Shown one piece after another: positions 36,378 through 48,738 of a stretch of 64,000 nucleotides of DNA. The first letter of the stretch is position 1, and every line of letters starts with the position of its first letter. The notes beneath the pieces are model-generated. The model searched no databases, was not told where the DNA came from, and saw only the letters and a program-made list of their open reading frames with translations. The stretch is from NCBI GenBank assembly GCA_946965045.2, contig OX337233.1, positions 3,224,001 through 3,288,000 on the forward strand. Direction: 5' to 3'. The stretch is from Epithemia pelagica. Its lineage: Eukaryota; Protista; Bacillariophyta. Position numbers and translations under genes: made by a program.

Positions 36378-36871
36378 ACAAGCCCTGTCTATGTTCACAA
36401 CAACCCGATCAAAAACTGAAAGCAATACGCTTTCTCGGTTCTCGGCCGACCTATTGGCTAACCCATTCCATTTTGTATCTGCTTTTCCTCAAAGAAAATT
36501 CTCCCTGTTCCCTGATTCCTCAACTCATCGCCAACATTGCTTCGTCTCCTCACCTTTTCATAACGATCAGATACTTCGTCGTAACGGTCAACCGTATAGT
36601 TGCGTGTTCAATCACTTTTGTGGTTTCTTTGAGCAATCATTAACAGGAGACTTACTCGCTTTCTCTTTTCGATTACTTTTGCGGTTGGTATGCTCTTCAA
36701 AAACTGCGATGGTAGAAGGGGAGTGGTTGAGATGGTTATGCCCGAACCAGAATCTGTTCCTCGCTTGACTATCTCTAATTCCGCTTCTTTCCTCCTATTG
36801 CCTTGAACGATGAATAGGTAGATCGTAGGTCACTTCTGATGACAACCGCGAATGGAAAGTCTTGAATTGCA

Positions 36872-37736
36872 CTAGTGATCCTTGTGCCAAAACGAAACTG
36901 CCTGTTCGTTACCAATCCACAAATTCACAACCTCGGGTTCTGTGACACCAAACGCCTCGTGTGCCCAGTGCCCACGGAAAGGAGGCGGGTACACCATACT
37001 GTGTGGTCCATATCTTCCACAAGGGGGCCAATTCCTGGCGCAAACAATCGTTTTGTGGAGAATAGTACAAAACGGAAGATTGCAACATGGACTCGAGTCG
37101 ATCGGTATCACTGTCGTCTTCGTCATCCTTCTCGACAAGGACGTGCTCTCTTTGATCAACCACTGGAAAGATTCGATCACGAAACGACTCTTAGGGTTCC
37201 TCGTTCTGGTCGAATGGTTCGTTGTGCTGTTGCTTTGCAGCTGGTCGTTGTAGTTGTAAATGCTTGGCGAAGGTGGCCAATGACATTTTCACTGGCATGG
37301 GCTTGACAAACACAGGGTTGTTGTTGTGGTTCTGGTTGTCACCTCCTGTGTTCTGTTCTTTTGCATGTTGTACGGTGGTTTGACGCAAACAATCTCCATG
37401 GCCATCGGGTGTCACGTCGACCTGCATGATGAGATGGGAGGGTGCCTGATCCAACAAGTCCTCGACTGTCACTGGAGGAAAGGATGGAATGGCATTTCGA
37501 ATGATTCACGGTCGACTCATGGCCACATGCTGTCGCAAAAAATCCACCGTGGAGGGCGGATGGTCGTAGATCGGAATGGAGGACGAACCACCAAAACACC
37601 AGAGGTAGCTCACATCCTCCTGAAAACTATCCAGGGCTTTGGCAGACGCAAATAGTACTTCCCCTCCTCTTTTTTGTGTATGGGTGTCGTTGCTGCCATC
37701 CTGGTTGCTAGGAGTACGATTGCCGTTGGTCGCCAT
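36872..37736 (-). pseudogene. JMJD7: JMJD7-like JmjC hydroxylase pseudogene
   Basis: FLRQHVAMSRP*IIRNAIP, VDVTPDGHGD, YYSPQNDCL, WAHEAFG..PEVVNLWIG..AVSFWHKDH*. Two in-frame stops, a 7-nt duplication at 36961-36974, and truncation right after the HxD motif. Confidence 0.82.
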
Positions 37737-37863
37737 GGTAAAAAATCTTCCTTTTGTGTGCGCGAATGGATCTTCGTATCCGCGACCACAAAACTTCGTG
37801 CCATTGCCACTTTTCGCATACTCACAACCACCGAAGGTTTTTGTCTTTCTACATCATCTCGTT

Positions 37864-39975
37864 ATGGCCATGGTGCCAAAGAGTCATGCCAAAGTTGCTT
37901 CTGGTAAAGCCAAAAAGATAAAGTCTACTGCATCGTCTCGGTCGTCCTCCGGTTCCACTTCTCCCTATGCACCGGCGGCTCGTATCTTGAATCAAGTCTG
38001 GAATCATGGCAAGGGTCTCAAATCCATTGTGTACGACAAGGATACCGGGCAACTGATATGTTCCAAACAAACTTACGCTCAAGTATGTGAGGTATTGAAA
38101 CACAAGTCCTTGTTGGATCGTGTCTGGAAGCAGGCACTGAAAGAGACAAAACAACAAGAACAAGATTCTTGTTCACAAAACAGCAACAAGAAGGACAAAG
38201 TCGAGAAAGGCACAAAGACTGGAGAAACATCATCAACAACCACCATGGAGATCAAGAATGAGGGTCTCTTGTTCGTTTTACTGTTTGAACTCTTGTTGGG
38301 GCCGCATCAATCGATTCAAGGTGGTGGTGCTCTCAAACGACACTTGATGCGACTCGAACCTGTGTTGCAAAACGCTGTGACCGCCGAAACGACCGACACA
38401 AAGTTTCCCCGTACTGGGTCGTCCGTGGTGGAATTTCCTCGCTATGTTCGCATCAATACACTGTGGCCTGGTACGACGTGGAACGAGATTTCCACACATT
38501 TCGTATTGGAAGGCTCTTCTTCCTTTTCCGATGACACAAATAATGCTGCGACAAGGGACGAATCCGCCGCTGATGCCAGTGCTCCAGCTGGTGGTGTGTA
38601 TCGAGATGCCCATATTCCCGATTTGCTCGTATTTACGGACAGTTTTGCACCAAGCTGTAAGACGAACAACAAAAACAGTCGAATGACAACCCAATGGTTG
38701 CGACAAAATACCTACTTGTCACCCCATCGAATTGTCTTGCAAGACAAGTCGTCTTGCTTTTCCGCCTTTTGTTTGGTTCAGGGATTTGCTCCCCAAAGCC
38801 TTGCACCCGAGCGTCGAGTGTACTTGGATGCCTGTGCGGCACCGGGTAACAAAACCAGTCATTTGGCAGCTCTCGTGCATCAGCAGCAAGAACAACACCA
38901 AAAACAAGTGTCCAAACGAAAAGGGCGTGAACACAAGGGCAATAAAGACAAACCGGCCATCATTTACGCATTGGATCGGTCCAAGGAACGATGTGACACT
39001 CTGCGACGGAGAATAGCAGAAATGGTTCCGACATCTGCCAGTGATCCTGCCCTTGTTGACAAGAACCATCCTCGAGTGGAGGTCAAGTGCCAAGACTTCT
39101 TGCAAACTCCTGCTAAGGACACGGACAAGAATCTTGCGAATGTCACAGATATTCTGTTGGATCCGTCGTGTTCGGGATCGGGCATATTCAATAGTCTGGA
39201 TCGTAAACAAGATCCTCAAAACAACAACGAGGATGACCAAGTTACCCCTACAAGCGAGCACGGAGAACTGGATCCCTCGTCCGGCAATACCAATAGCAAA
39301 ACGGCGAAACGTTTACAATCTCTTTCGAGCTTTCAACTGCAGGCATTGCGACGCGCCATGACAGCATTTCCAGCCGTAGAGCGCATTGTCTATTCCACTT
39401 GCTCGATTCACGTCCAAGAAAATGAAGGTGTGGTAGCAAAGGCATTGGAGTTGGATCGTGACGATGCCCCACATGATGGAGGACACAAGTGGGAGCTGAT
39501 TGCACCAAAATGCATGCAAACATGGCCTTGTCGAGGCAAGTCGTACAAAGGTTTAACGGCTGCAGAATCGGCTTGTTTGTTGCGCGTCGATGGACCGGAA
39601 TACGAAACCAATGGCTTTTTTGCAGCTTGTTTCCAAAAGAAGACAAAGATCCGACCCAAGAGCAACAGTGATGCAGGGCAGGACAACCTCACAGGTAAGG
39701 GTGCTTCTTTCACTAGTGGATATCCGTTGCCAGTGTATCCAGGACGAGCGCAACTGGACATGAGCTCCCGACATGGGTCGCAACCACCCAAGGATGAACC
39801 AAAACAGAAGCCCTTGGCGCTGCCATCATCGAAATCTACACCCTCAGAAGCCTCTGGAGGACAATCAAAGAAAAGTGATGCAATCTCCAAGAAAATGGCC
39901 AAAAAGTTGGAATGGAAACGACGACAACGACAAGCTAAAGAAGAACGGTTGGGGAAAAAGGCACGTACCCATTGA
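37864..39975 (+). CDS. NSUN5: NSUN5/Rcm1-type rRNA cytosine-C5 methyltransferase
   Basis: FPRYVRINTL, LQDKSSCF, DACAAPGNKTSH, ILLDPSCSGSG, IVYSTCSIHVQENEGVV. Confidence 0.92.
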   Translation: MAMVPKSHAKVASGKAKKIKSTASSRSSSGSTSPYAPAARILNQVWNHGKGLKSIVYDKDTGQLICSKQTYAQVCEVLKHKSLLDRVWKQALKETKQQEQDSCSQNSNKKDKVEKGTKTGETSSTTTMEIKNEGLLFVLLFELLLGPHQSIQGGGALKRHLMRLEPVLQNAVTAETTDTKFPRTGSSVVEFPRYVRINTLWPGTTWNEISTHFVLEGSSSFSDDTNNAATRDESAADASAPAGGVYRDAHIPDLLVFTDSFAPSCKTNNKNSRMTTQWLRQNTYLSPHRIVLQDKSSCFSAFCLVQGFAPQSLAPERRVYLDACAAPGNKTSHLAALVHQQQEQHQKQVSKRKGREHKGNKDKPAIIYALDRSKERCDTLRRRIAEMVPTSASDPALVDKNHPRVEVKCQDFLQTPAKDTDKNLANVTDILLDPSCSGSGIFNSLDRKQDPQNNNEDDQVTPTSEHGELDPSSGNTNSKTAKRLQSLSSFQLQALRRAMTAFPAVERIVYSTCSIHVQENEGVVAKALELDRDDAPHDGGHKWELIAPKCMQTWPCRGKSYKGLTAAESACLLRVDGPEYETNGFFAACFQKKTKIRPKSNSDAGQDNLTGKGASFTSGYPLPVYPGRAQLDMSSRHGSQPPKDEPKQKPLALPSSKSTPSEASGGQSKKSDAISKKMAKKLEWKRRQRQAKEERLGKKARTH

Positions 39976-40007
39976 AGTTACTATTACAGCTATGTTATTC
40001 ATGTTTC

Positions 40008-43000
40008 GTAATAGAGGGCTCCCACAGAAGAACAAGATGTACCCGGTGCGAGACTTGGTGCTTGCCAGATTGTCTTGTTGTTCGCGGCCATGGAGGCCGG
40101 CGAAGTCGGCATCGACGTAACAGTCGATCTTGTAGTTGGTGTTGGGAGTAAAGATGGTACCTTGGTTCACGGTACCGGAGAGATACCTGACAATCATCTT
40201 TATTGCAGAGGCATGGGATTGTTTGGGGTTAGCTCCGAAGCGAGCGGCTTGGCTCACGGCGTAGGTGATGTCCGGTCTCGTGTTGGTTGAGAGATAAAGG
40301 AGCATCCCAACAACCGACGAGTAGGACCAGGACTCTTTCATTGGGAGTCCGTCAGGGTCAGAACCAAGGGCTGCAGTGGAGGCTGGTGTTTTGTTGGCGT
40401 TGCAGTTTTCAAGTCCAGTGGCTTTGATGATCTTGTTGATCAAGCCTGGTTGAGTCATTGTGATGGTATTGGATGACTTGTCAACCACAAACTTGATACC
40501 AAGGTACTCGGCAAAGTCTCCATCCTGCGTCAATTCGAATCCCTTTTTGTTGAGTCTGTTCACGAACTCGTCGATGGCTTGTTGAGTTGGAGAAGCAACA
40601 CCACAATCATCGAGATAGAGGAACACAATCATATCTGGCTTGAGAAAGAGACAGATGTTGTGGTCACTCTGTTTGAATCCGTCCTCCAACAAAGCATCAC
40701 GCAAATGTTCATACCACAGCCTTGGGGCTATGGCCAATCCATACAAACTCTTCTTGAGACGAAGGCAGGTTCGCGTTGGTCGTTGGGATTGATAGCCTCT
40801 TGGAAGATGGATCCAAATTGGCTCCTTGAGTGTCGCTTTCACAAATGCATTCGAGAAGTCGACACAAATAATGATCCAGTCTTGAATCATGGCGAAGATA
40901 AGGACCAGTCAAATGGTACTCCAAGAGACGACGGGTGCGAACGTCTCAAATTCTCCTTCTTGGAGATCTCCGCGCACACAGTACCTGCCCTTGTATTTCT
41001 TGATTTCTCCTGTTGGTGATCTCTTCCGTTTGAACACCCATGTGCCAGGAAGGATCCTTGTTGTTGCATCTTCTACTGGGACCTCTTCCCATGTGCCTTT
41101 TGCTTCCAATGCTTCAATCTCTCGTTGAGCAGCAGCCTTCCATTGGTCGAGATTAGGCTCCAAGAGAATTTGGTCAAAGCTCAACGTATCAGGATCCGAT
41201 GCAGCGGCTTTGCAAATGGCCAAGTCACAAAGGTTGGACTGTTGCAGCAGTGTATGATAAAGATGGTAGTTCATACAGTTGGAGTCGTATGTCGTGTGAC
41301 TGGCATCCATGGAGGAGATGAGTCAAAGTGGGGCACGACGAGTACGAGTGGAGCGACAAAGAGGAGAAGAAGAGGCAGAGAGGGAAGGCTGTGATTGTTT
41401 GGGTGAACGCGACGGAGCAGGTTGTTTGGGTGGTTTGGTAGAATTCTCCCTCTGACAAGGCGATGGACCGGAGACAGAAGGGACAGAAACCTCGACACGG
41501 GGCGAAACAACCGAAGGGGAGACAGCGGGAGGAGAAGGAGGAGACGGAGGGGTGGGAGGGGACGGAGTGGTGGCTGCTTGGGGCACGACAGTTGCTCCCT
41601 CAGACGAAGGGATGGCTCCCTCAGACGAAGGAGGGGCTCCCTCAGACGAAGGAAAAATGGGTGGAGGCAGGGGTAATGGCATGGGAGGACGATGAATTGC
41701 CATGGAATCAAAAACACATTGCTGGGAATTGAGTGTGTCCAGAGCAGTTGTTGTGTCAGTGATGTTGGGAGCGGAGTTGTCGTGTGGATCTTCATCGTCG
41801 GTATGGTGAAAATGGTCAAGAGAGTCGCCGAGCAGTTGGGTCCATTCTGGAGTGGAGAAGTCGGGCAAGGTTGTTGGGTCCACGCTAATGGTTTCGAACC
41901 AGTCGTCGAAGACGACATGAAACTGTGGCGTGATAGCGCCCATCTCCGGATTGAGGACAAGGGGAATGGAGCTTGCATGATTCGGGCTCAGTCCCATGAA
42001 CATGCAGCGATGGGAACGAGGTTTCCATCGTGGGAGCTTACCTCCATCAGAAATTCGCTTATCCAGAACGTATACTGGACATCCCCAGACGTGGAGATCA
42101 TGGAATTTGTTATGTTCGAAGCGGGTGCGGGTAAAAATGTCATTAGGACTCAGTCCAGTTGTGGGGTTAGGGATATTGTTGTATAGGTACACCGCGTGTT
42201 GTACCGCCATAGGCCACAAACTAGAATCCGCCATGTCCGGCCAGTGAGTTGCTGAGTGAAGCATCATCGTACGAGCAATGCTCATGATGGTTTGAATACT
42301 TCGTTCAGCAATGCCGTTGTGGTGGTGGGCACCAACTCCAGCGAAGTGTTGAATTTGGTGGAACTGTTGCAAATGGGCAGTGTATCCTTTCGATGTAAAG
42401 GCTGACCCATTGTCGGACACATACTGTTGAGGAACCACTCCACAATCACGGCATCGCAACTCAAACTCTTCTTTCGCCTTGAGAGTTTCGTGGGAACTCA
42501 GATGGCTTTGGAACACACAATCTACTCGGCCACTGGCAATGTCAACGAAGATTGCACCTCCAGCAAACATTTTGGAGTCCTTGCTCTTTCCTTTGGAGGA
42601 GAATAGACGGCCTTTGGTGCTGCAGATAAAATGGTCAACTGCAACAGATTGTCCTGGATGGAGGACGTCCTTCTTCAACACTCCATCACGTGCCGATTGA
42701 ACTTTGGTGGTTCGTCCAGGAGCCGAACGTTGCCGTTGCTTGCCAAATTGGCAGGCAGCACACATGGGTGGATTGACAAGTTTACATGCAGCCATATGCA
42801 ACTTGCGTTGACTTTCGGAGGTTGCCAAGACACCAGTGTGCATCAAGAATTGAACTCGCTTGAAACCAGGATGGCCGAGACGGTTGTGCCACTTGGCGAA
42901 CTCTTTCTGTGGAGGTGACATGTTTATGTTGTTGTTGTGGACGGTTGAGATTGTGTTAGCCAGAGTAGTTGTGGCAGTTTTGAGTCCTTCCAGGTCGAAT

Positions 43001-46000
43001 CCAAGTGAAGTAGGTAAATTGTTTTGTGGATTCAGGAGAACTTCGATGGATCGTCTTGTATGGTCTCCGTTGGCACCACTGAGAGTCAACCCATTTGGAT
43101 GAATAGCAATAGTTTCGTCCGGGTAGACTTGCAACAAGCTTGACGTGCTGAGAAGGCGAATGTTGGCGTCCGGAATGTAGAGAGCAGGAACCTTGATCGT
43201 GCGCAACATTCCAGTCGTATCCAATACATGCCATACCACTGTGCCTCGTCCAGCCACTTCGACTCCAGTGGAGATACCGTTGACGCGCAAATGTTGCGTT
43301 GTATGGATGGAAGTGTCCAAATCTCCATTGAAATCCTTCTCACAGAAGCTCATGGATACGCTTGCGCCAGAATCCCACACAATGGGGTAACATCCATCGT
43401 CTGGCAGTTCGGATTGCAGTTTCAACGGAGCTTGAAGACTTGCTTTGAGGAGACTTACGGCTTCTTGAGACATTTCCAGAGTGCATGCACGGATGGTTTG
43501 GCATTGTGCAGGACGCAAGGGTGAACCGAAGGGTGGTTTGACGTTCTTGGTCGTTTGACATGGTTGACAAAAGGTTGAGGTGTCGTTGGGTGGTTGTAAG
43601 TCAAAGTCGAACCGGTGAACGTTGTTTGGCCAATGGGGCACTGTGTCATTTGTATTGTTTGGGTTGGTTTGGCGTTGTCTGTTATTGTTTGGGTTAGATC
43701 GGCGACGGGATCGACGGATTGTCGAAGGACGGCGATGAGTGGGACGGCGACGACGACGAGAACGACGGTGACGATGTCGTGATCCAAATCGAGTGGGGCG
43801 AGACGGATAGGTTGTGTCTCCCTCGATCATGGCATTGGCGACGGACGTGAGGCGGCAGAGAAGAGAAAAGAGCGACGAAGTGACAAGGCGGAGACACCAA
43901 ACAATCCAACGACGAGAGAAGAACATGAAGAAACCATCAGTCAACACATCGGAAATGGGAGTAGCCAAATGGGGAAGCACAGCTGGAGCTTGGAGAGCGA
44001 GACGGCAGCGGTCGGCACGAAGCCGAAGGGGTAAAGACCGAGGAAATGGGCGACCACTTGGAGAGCGGCGATGAAAACAGTGGGCGGGACGACGCGACGG
44101 ATGGTAGTCGGCGAAGGAGCGGACATTTCGATCCAAGCGCGAGTTGCCAAAGGACGACGCAACGTTCTCCAACTTGGGACATAGGACACCAACAATCAAA
44201 CCGCAAATAAACCAAGAAACAAAACAAGGGACCACCATAAGGAAACTCATCATCGTTGAAGGAAACAGCCAAAGGGAGAGAAGTGTCCACAAGAAGATAC
44301 CAATACTCATTGAAACAAAAGATCGTGAAGGTGTCGACGGGTCGACAGAACTGTGACACGAAGAGTAGCCACGCGTTGTGCGACCACGAGAGGCGCGAGA
44401 ACGACGTGAGACACGAGGGACTCTGGTTGGGCCTGTATGACGTGGCGATGCGACATTGACTTGGGGCAGCGCGGAGAAACGAGCAGTTGAGAAAGATTGC
44501 GCAAAAGATTTCTTTGGGGTAGGTGTCACAATCACAGGCAGATCTTTGTCGTCAGGAGTGACAACGGCGGGTGGACGCTTCGTAACTGGGTGGTTCTTCT
44601 GTTTGCCACTCACAAAGTGATGCTTGGTGAATTTGGATTTCGACTTTGGAGACTTCTTGGGCGAGAAGGTATTGCTCTTGGTTTTCTTGGTAGAACGGAG
44701 GACGAAGGGACTGGGAGGCAACGGACGGCGGCGCTTCTTGTCGGGTTGAGAAGCGGATTCGAGAAGAATATCGTCCTTGGTGGTGTCGACAGTGAACGGA
44801 GTGACGGCCATTCGCAAGGCATGGTTATCAAACTGTGCGACGGAACCGGAAGAAGGAGGCGTGTCGTCGTCATCATGGTGGACAGTGACGACGGAGACAG
44901 GCGGTTTCGTCTTTGCGGCTGGCTTGCGGTCGTTATCGGTTGACGGTGCCGGACCATCTTCCACCGAAAAATGCAGCATGGCAAAGGAGTTGCTGACTGG
45001 AACTGGAGTAGTGGAAGGAGGAGGACGACGGGTCGATCCATTGGTCACCGATGTCCAACCTTCCCATGCTTCCATATCACAATCAACCATCCAGACCGAC
45101 GGATCAGTCATCAGGTTGTTGGCTTGATGGTTGGTTAGAGGAGATGGAGCGGAGCCATTGGTGGAACCACGGTGGGAGCTGGTGGAGTGCGTGGTGTTCC
45201 AACAGGGTGGAGAACACTTTGCGCACCAGTAGAACGTGCGACCGTTGTAGTCCTTGGTTTCAGAAGAGCCAGAAGAAGGAGGAACCAAACGCCAAGGGGC
45301 CAATTCGCGACGGTTGCGGGTGAAAGGGCCAGATCCTCTCCCTCCACCACCACGACCACCATAGCGACCACCACGGCCCCCACCAGAGGGACGACGAGAC
45401 GGAGAACGACGACGGAAAGGACGACGGGAACCAGCGTGGCCATCAGAACGACCACGGTTGGTGGGACAATCACGAGCCCAGTGGCCGGGCTTCCCACACT
45501 TGTAACAAACGCCGGACGGTTTGGACTTGCCGCCAGAGTCCTTGGAGAAAGTCTGAACCAGAGCGTTGAGCTGGGCCGACGAGTAGTATCCAGCGGGCGG
45601 AGCCTTCGAGTCTTTGTTGTGGCGGGACGGGGGCCAAACACCATCTCCAATGGCCTCACGGTATTTGTCTTCAGCCAACTGACAAATGGAGCGGAAATCG
45701 AGGCGCTTGGAGGCAAGGAAGACGCCGGCTGCAGTTTTGTCGGACATAAAACGTTCTTCTTTCAACGCAGCGGTCAACTCCGACTGGAGTTTCATCAACT
45801 CAACCTTGTAGGCATCATTGCCATCGGCAGCAAGAAACGACTTGAGGATGAGAGAGTTCAACTGGTGGTTGAACAATCCAGCGGTGTGCAGAGCCGAGGC
45901 GCGAGTGGTAATGGCCAAGGCCATCTCCGCAATATTCTGACCAGAAAACTGCTGCGGGGTCAAGGTCTTGAGTTCTGCTTCGAGTCGAGCGAACTTCCCC

Positions 46001-47383
46001 ATAGAATCGCTCTGGATGATCTGGATGAGCATCATCCACAAGATGGGAAAGAGAGGCTCATCGGGCATGCGCTCTTCGAGTTCTTGACGGAGAGGGGCAT
46101 CCAAACTGTCCAGGAGTGCGAGACGGGCCGTGCGGTCATTCGACTTGTCGTACTGGTTGTAAGATGTGGCTTGCTTGGGACCCAATGTCTTGGCGGCGTC
46201 AACAGTGAAACGGGTGTGATGGGTGAGAATGCACACCATGGAAGTGTCATCACCTGGGTCTTGGAGATACGTGATCGTGTCCATTCCGTGGGTCACGAAA
46301 CGATCCAACAAGTTACGGGAGAAGAGATGCAAGCTGTCGGACTTGGAAAACTTGGTCTCAAACCCAGTGCAGCAAGTCGTGAAGCCTTTATCTTCATAAG
46401 ATGGACGCTGCTGGGAAGTTTGTTCATATCCCTTGGTGGGATCGGTCGTGTCACCGTTGACGAGCTTGGTCCGTGTTGCATCGGGCTTTCCGCCTGTCCA
46501 GGCGGTAAACAGGTCGTGCTTGACTTGCACGAGACCACCCATTCGGGGTGGAGTAGGCTTGAATGGCGTGTACTCGGACATCTTCTTGGTTGTTTTCTTC
46601 TTCTTGGCAGAGTCGTCGTTTGGAGGATTCGGAGGTTGGTTGGTTCCTTGGTTGGTAGACCGGTCGGTGGGACGTGTTGGATCGGTTGGAGGCTCACTCG
46701 GAGGATCAGTTGGATCACTGTCAGTGGGACCTTGAGTAGTATCTAACGATATAGATAATCCAGTCGGACGAGAAGTTGAGTCGGTAGGAATTGCTTGTGG
46801 AGGCTCGGTGGGAACGTGAGACGGTTCAGTAGGAGCAGAAGGGTCGGACGGACTTGGTAGATCGGTGGGACCTTCGTTGGGGTCGGCTGGATCTTGGTCG
46901 GTACCCCACAGATCAAGAAAGCTGAAGGCACTTCCAGAACTAGTGGGAGAGATATCTTCGATGGTGGAAACGTTTCACTCAAACGGGCAGAGAGGCGTCG
47001 GCTTGGCTAGGCACTAACTTGGGCTCAGAACCAGCGAAGGAATACTTAGACAGCGGTATCACTTCCAGTAGGACTAGCTTGGACTCTCGAGGTGATCAAG
47101 CTCTTGAGGGCAAGCCAGTAGGACGGATCTAGATCAGTTGTAACTCAATAGGACAATTTCTAAGATTGTGAGCATTAAAGTAAATTGATCTGTCGACATG
47201 ATCTTGTGAATTTCCAATTTGGAAATTCACACACATGGTTAGTACATGTAGCACATGAGAATCACATGGCTAGTACATGTAGCACATGAGAATCACATGA
47301 CAAGCACATGAGTAGCACATAGTCTAACCGACTGCCAAATTTGCTACCACATAATGTGCTTGTGACTGAACGTTCAACCCACA
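40008..47383 (-). mobile_element. Ty1/copia (CoDi-like) LTR retrotransposon, 3'-truncated (no RNase H or 3' LTR)
   Basis: Single frame 46581 to ~40008: gag knuckle CYKCGKPGHWARDC, protease IVWDSGAS, WHNRLGH, integrase (VAVD...YVSDNG...NGIAER), RT (LKKSLYGL, YLDD). Two in-frame TGAs at 41323-41325 and 40909-40911; RT homology ends at GSPLL. Confidence 0.93.
47167..47383 (-). repeat. Candidate 5' LTR of the copia element
   Basis: TGTG...CACA ends, two copies of a 29-bp unit (47240, 47271) and a 27-bp palindrome (47205-47231). No second LTR is present to confirm the boundaries. Confidence 0.4.
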
Positions 47384-47480
47384 TAGTGTGTTCCACATTA
47401 TGTGTTACGCATGCACGTTGTGACCGGTTAGATTCACAAGATTCCTCAACTCAACAATTGAAAACAACACACAGGTTCAC

Positions 47481-47619
47481 ACCAGTATCATTGTCGTCTG
47501 TTGCCATGAATAAAGGCACAATCATGGTCTATTCACAACATTTTGAGCCACACACAATCGTCAGTCAAACCATACCAGTATCATTGTCGTCTGGTGTCAT
47601 GAATAAAGGCACAATCATG
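47481..47619. repeat. Two 46-bp direct repeats, period 93 bp
   Basis: ACCAGTATCATTGTCGTCTG(T/G)TG(C/T)CATGAATAAAGGCACAATCATG at 47481 and 47574. Confidence 0.85.
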
Positions 47620-47676
47620 TTTTAATTGCAACATAGTTAAGCCACACAACACACTATCTTCAGTCCACTATCAACT

Positions 47677-48738
47677 CTACAGTTCGGTGTCGTGTTCTTG
47701 GCTATGTTCCATTGGCGCGCTAGCAACACAACTCACGTCCATATTCTCCAGGCACTCAATGGTTACACCCGTGGAGTCCAAGTCTTTGAGCTTCCACACG
47801 GACATTCCCTTCATTCCGTACTGCTGGATGACGCTTTTCAACCAATCCACCATATAAGGCTATTACCCGAGGAAACACGCATTCATTTATAAAAGGAAAG
47901 GAGACAGGACAATACGAACAGAAGGAAGGCGCGAGGGTAAGAAAGAAACGAGAGAAAATGACAGAAATCGACCAAGCACACGTACTTGTAGACCAGTTGT
48001 CGTGATCGACAAAACTATCTTGTGGTTGTCGACGCTGGAATTGATCCAATTTTGTATATACCTCCAAGTATTTCCACCCTCAGGGTTATTTGGAGGAATA
48101 TCCCAACCCCCACTTTGCATAGAATCGGCATGAATCATAATGCCAATCTCATCAAAGTTGGATTGGATGCCTTCCATTTGCCCATAGTCTCCAGACAAGC
48201 AAGTGATCGAGAACTTTGCATTGGGCTGGAGACTCCTCACATTGTTGGTCAGAGTGTCGACCAGGCCATATTGACCCTCTAAAGCGCCTTCCATATCGTA
48301 GTCTACATTGTCACAATTCGCGTGTTTCATCATTTCAACGACTTTGTCGGCATCGGGTACTGTTCCATACACTGTTGTTCGTAACACAACCGAACAAAGT
48401 CCAAGAAGTGAGCAAAATAACGACCCACAGACCGCATCGAGAGGAGCTGCACACATTCCTTCCTTCTTGAACATACCTTTATATCCACCGAGCGTCAAGT
48501 AGTTCATGGAGGGAGAAAATTCACTCGGAACAATGGGTGGAGTCTCTTGAATGTCCGGGCCGAACGCGCCATTGAATCGATTCCATGTTGACGGCACAAT
48601 AGAGCATGGGGTAAGCCAATCATATCCGCAATACGCTGCCATTTCATACGAGAGTACATGGGATGGGAGAAGCAACGTTACCAGAAGAGGGAAACCAGAG
48701 TGGCTAGCCAGAGTGCGGAACGGTTTTCCGATCATCAT
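47677..48738 (-). CDS. Compact secreted GH18 chitinase-like protein; intron 47860-47985, possible small intron near 48370-48430; 3' end uncertain
   Basis: Signal peptide, YLTLGG, DNVDYDME (DxxDxDxE), spliced exon PYMVDWLKSVIQQYGMKGMSVW. Confidence 0.72.

Noticed and set aside
45172-46746. 524-aa antisense ORF over copia gag as a separate gene
   Set aside because: No motifs; consistent with codon-bias shadow. It would need stranded RNA or proteomic support.
47205-47231. Palindrome as a heat-shock element
   Set aside because: GAA/TTC spacing does not fit nGAAnnTTCn.
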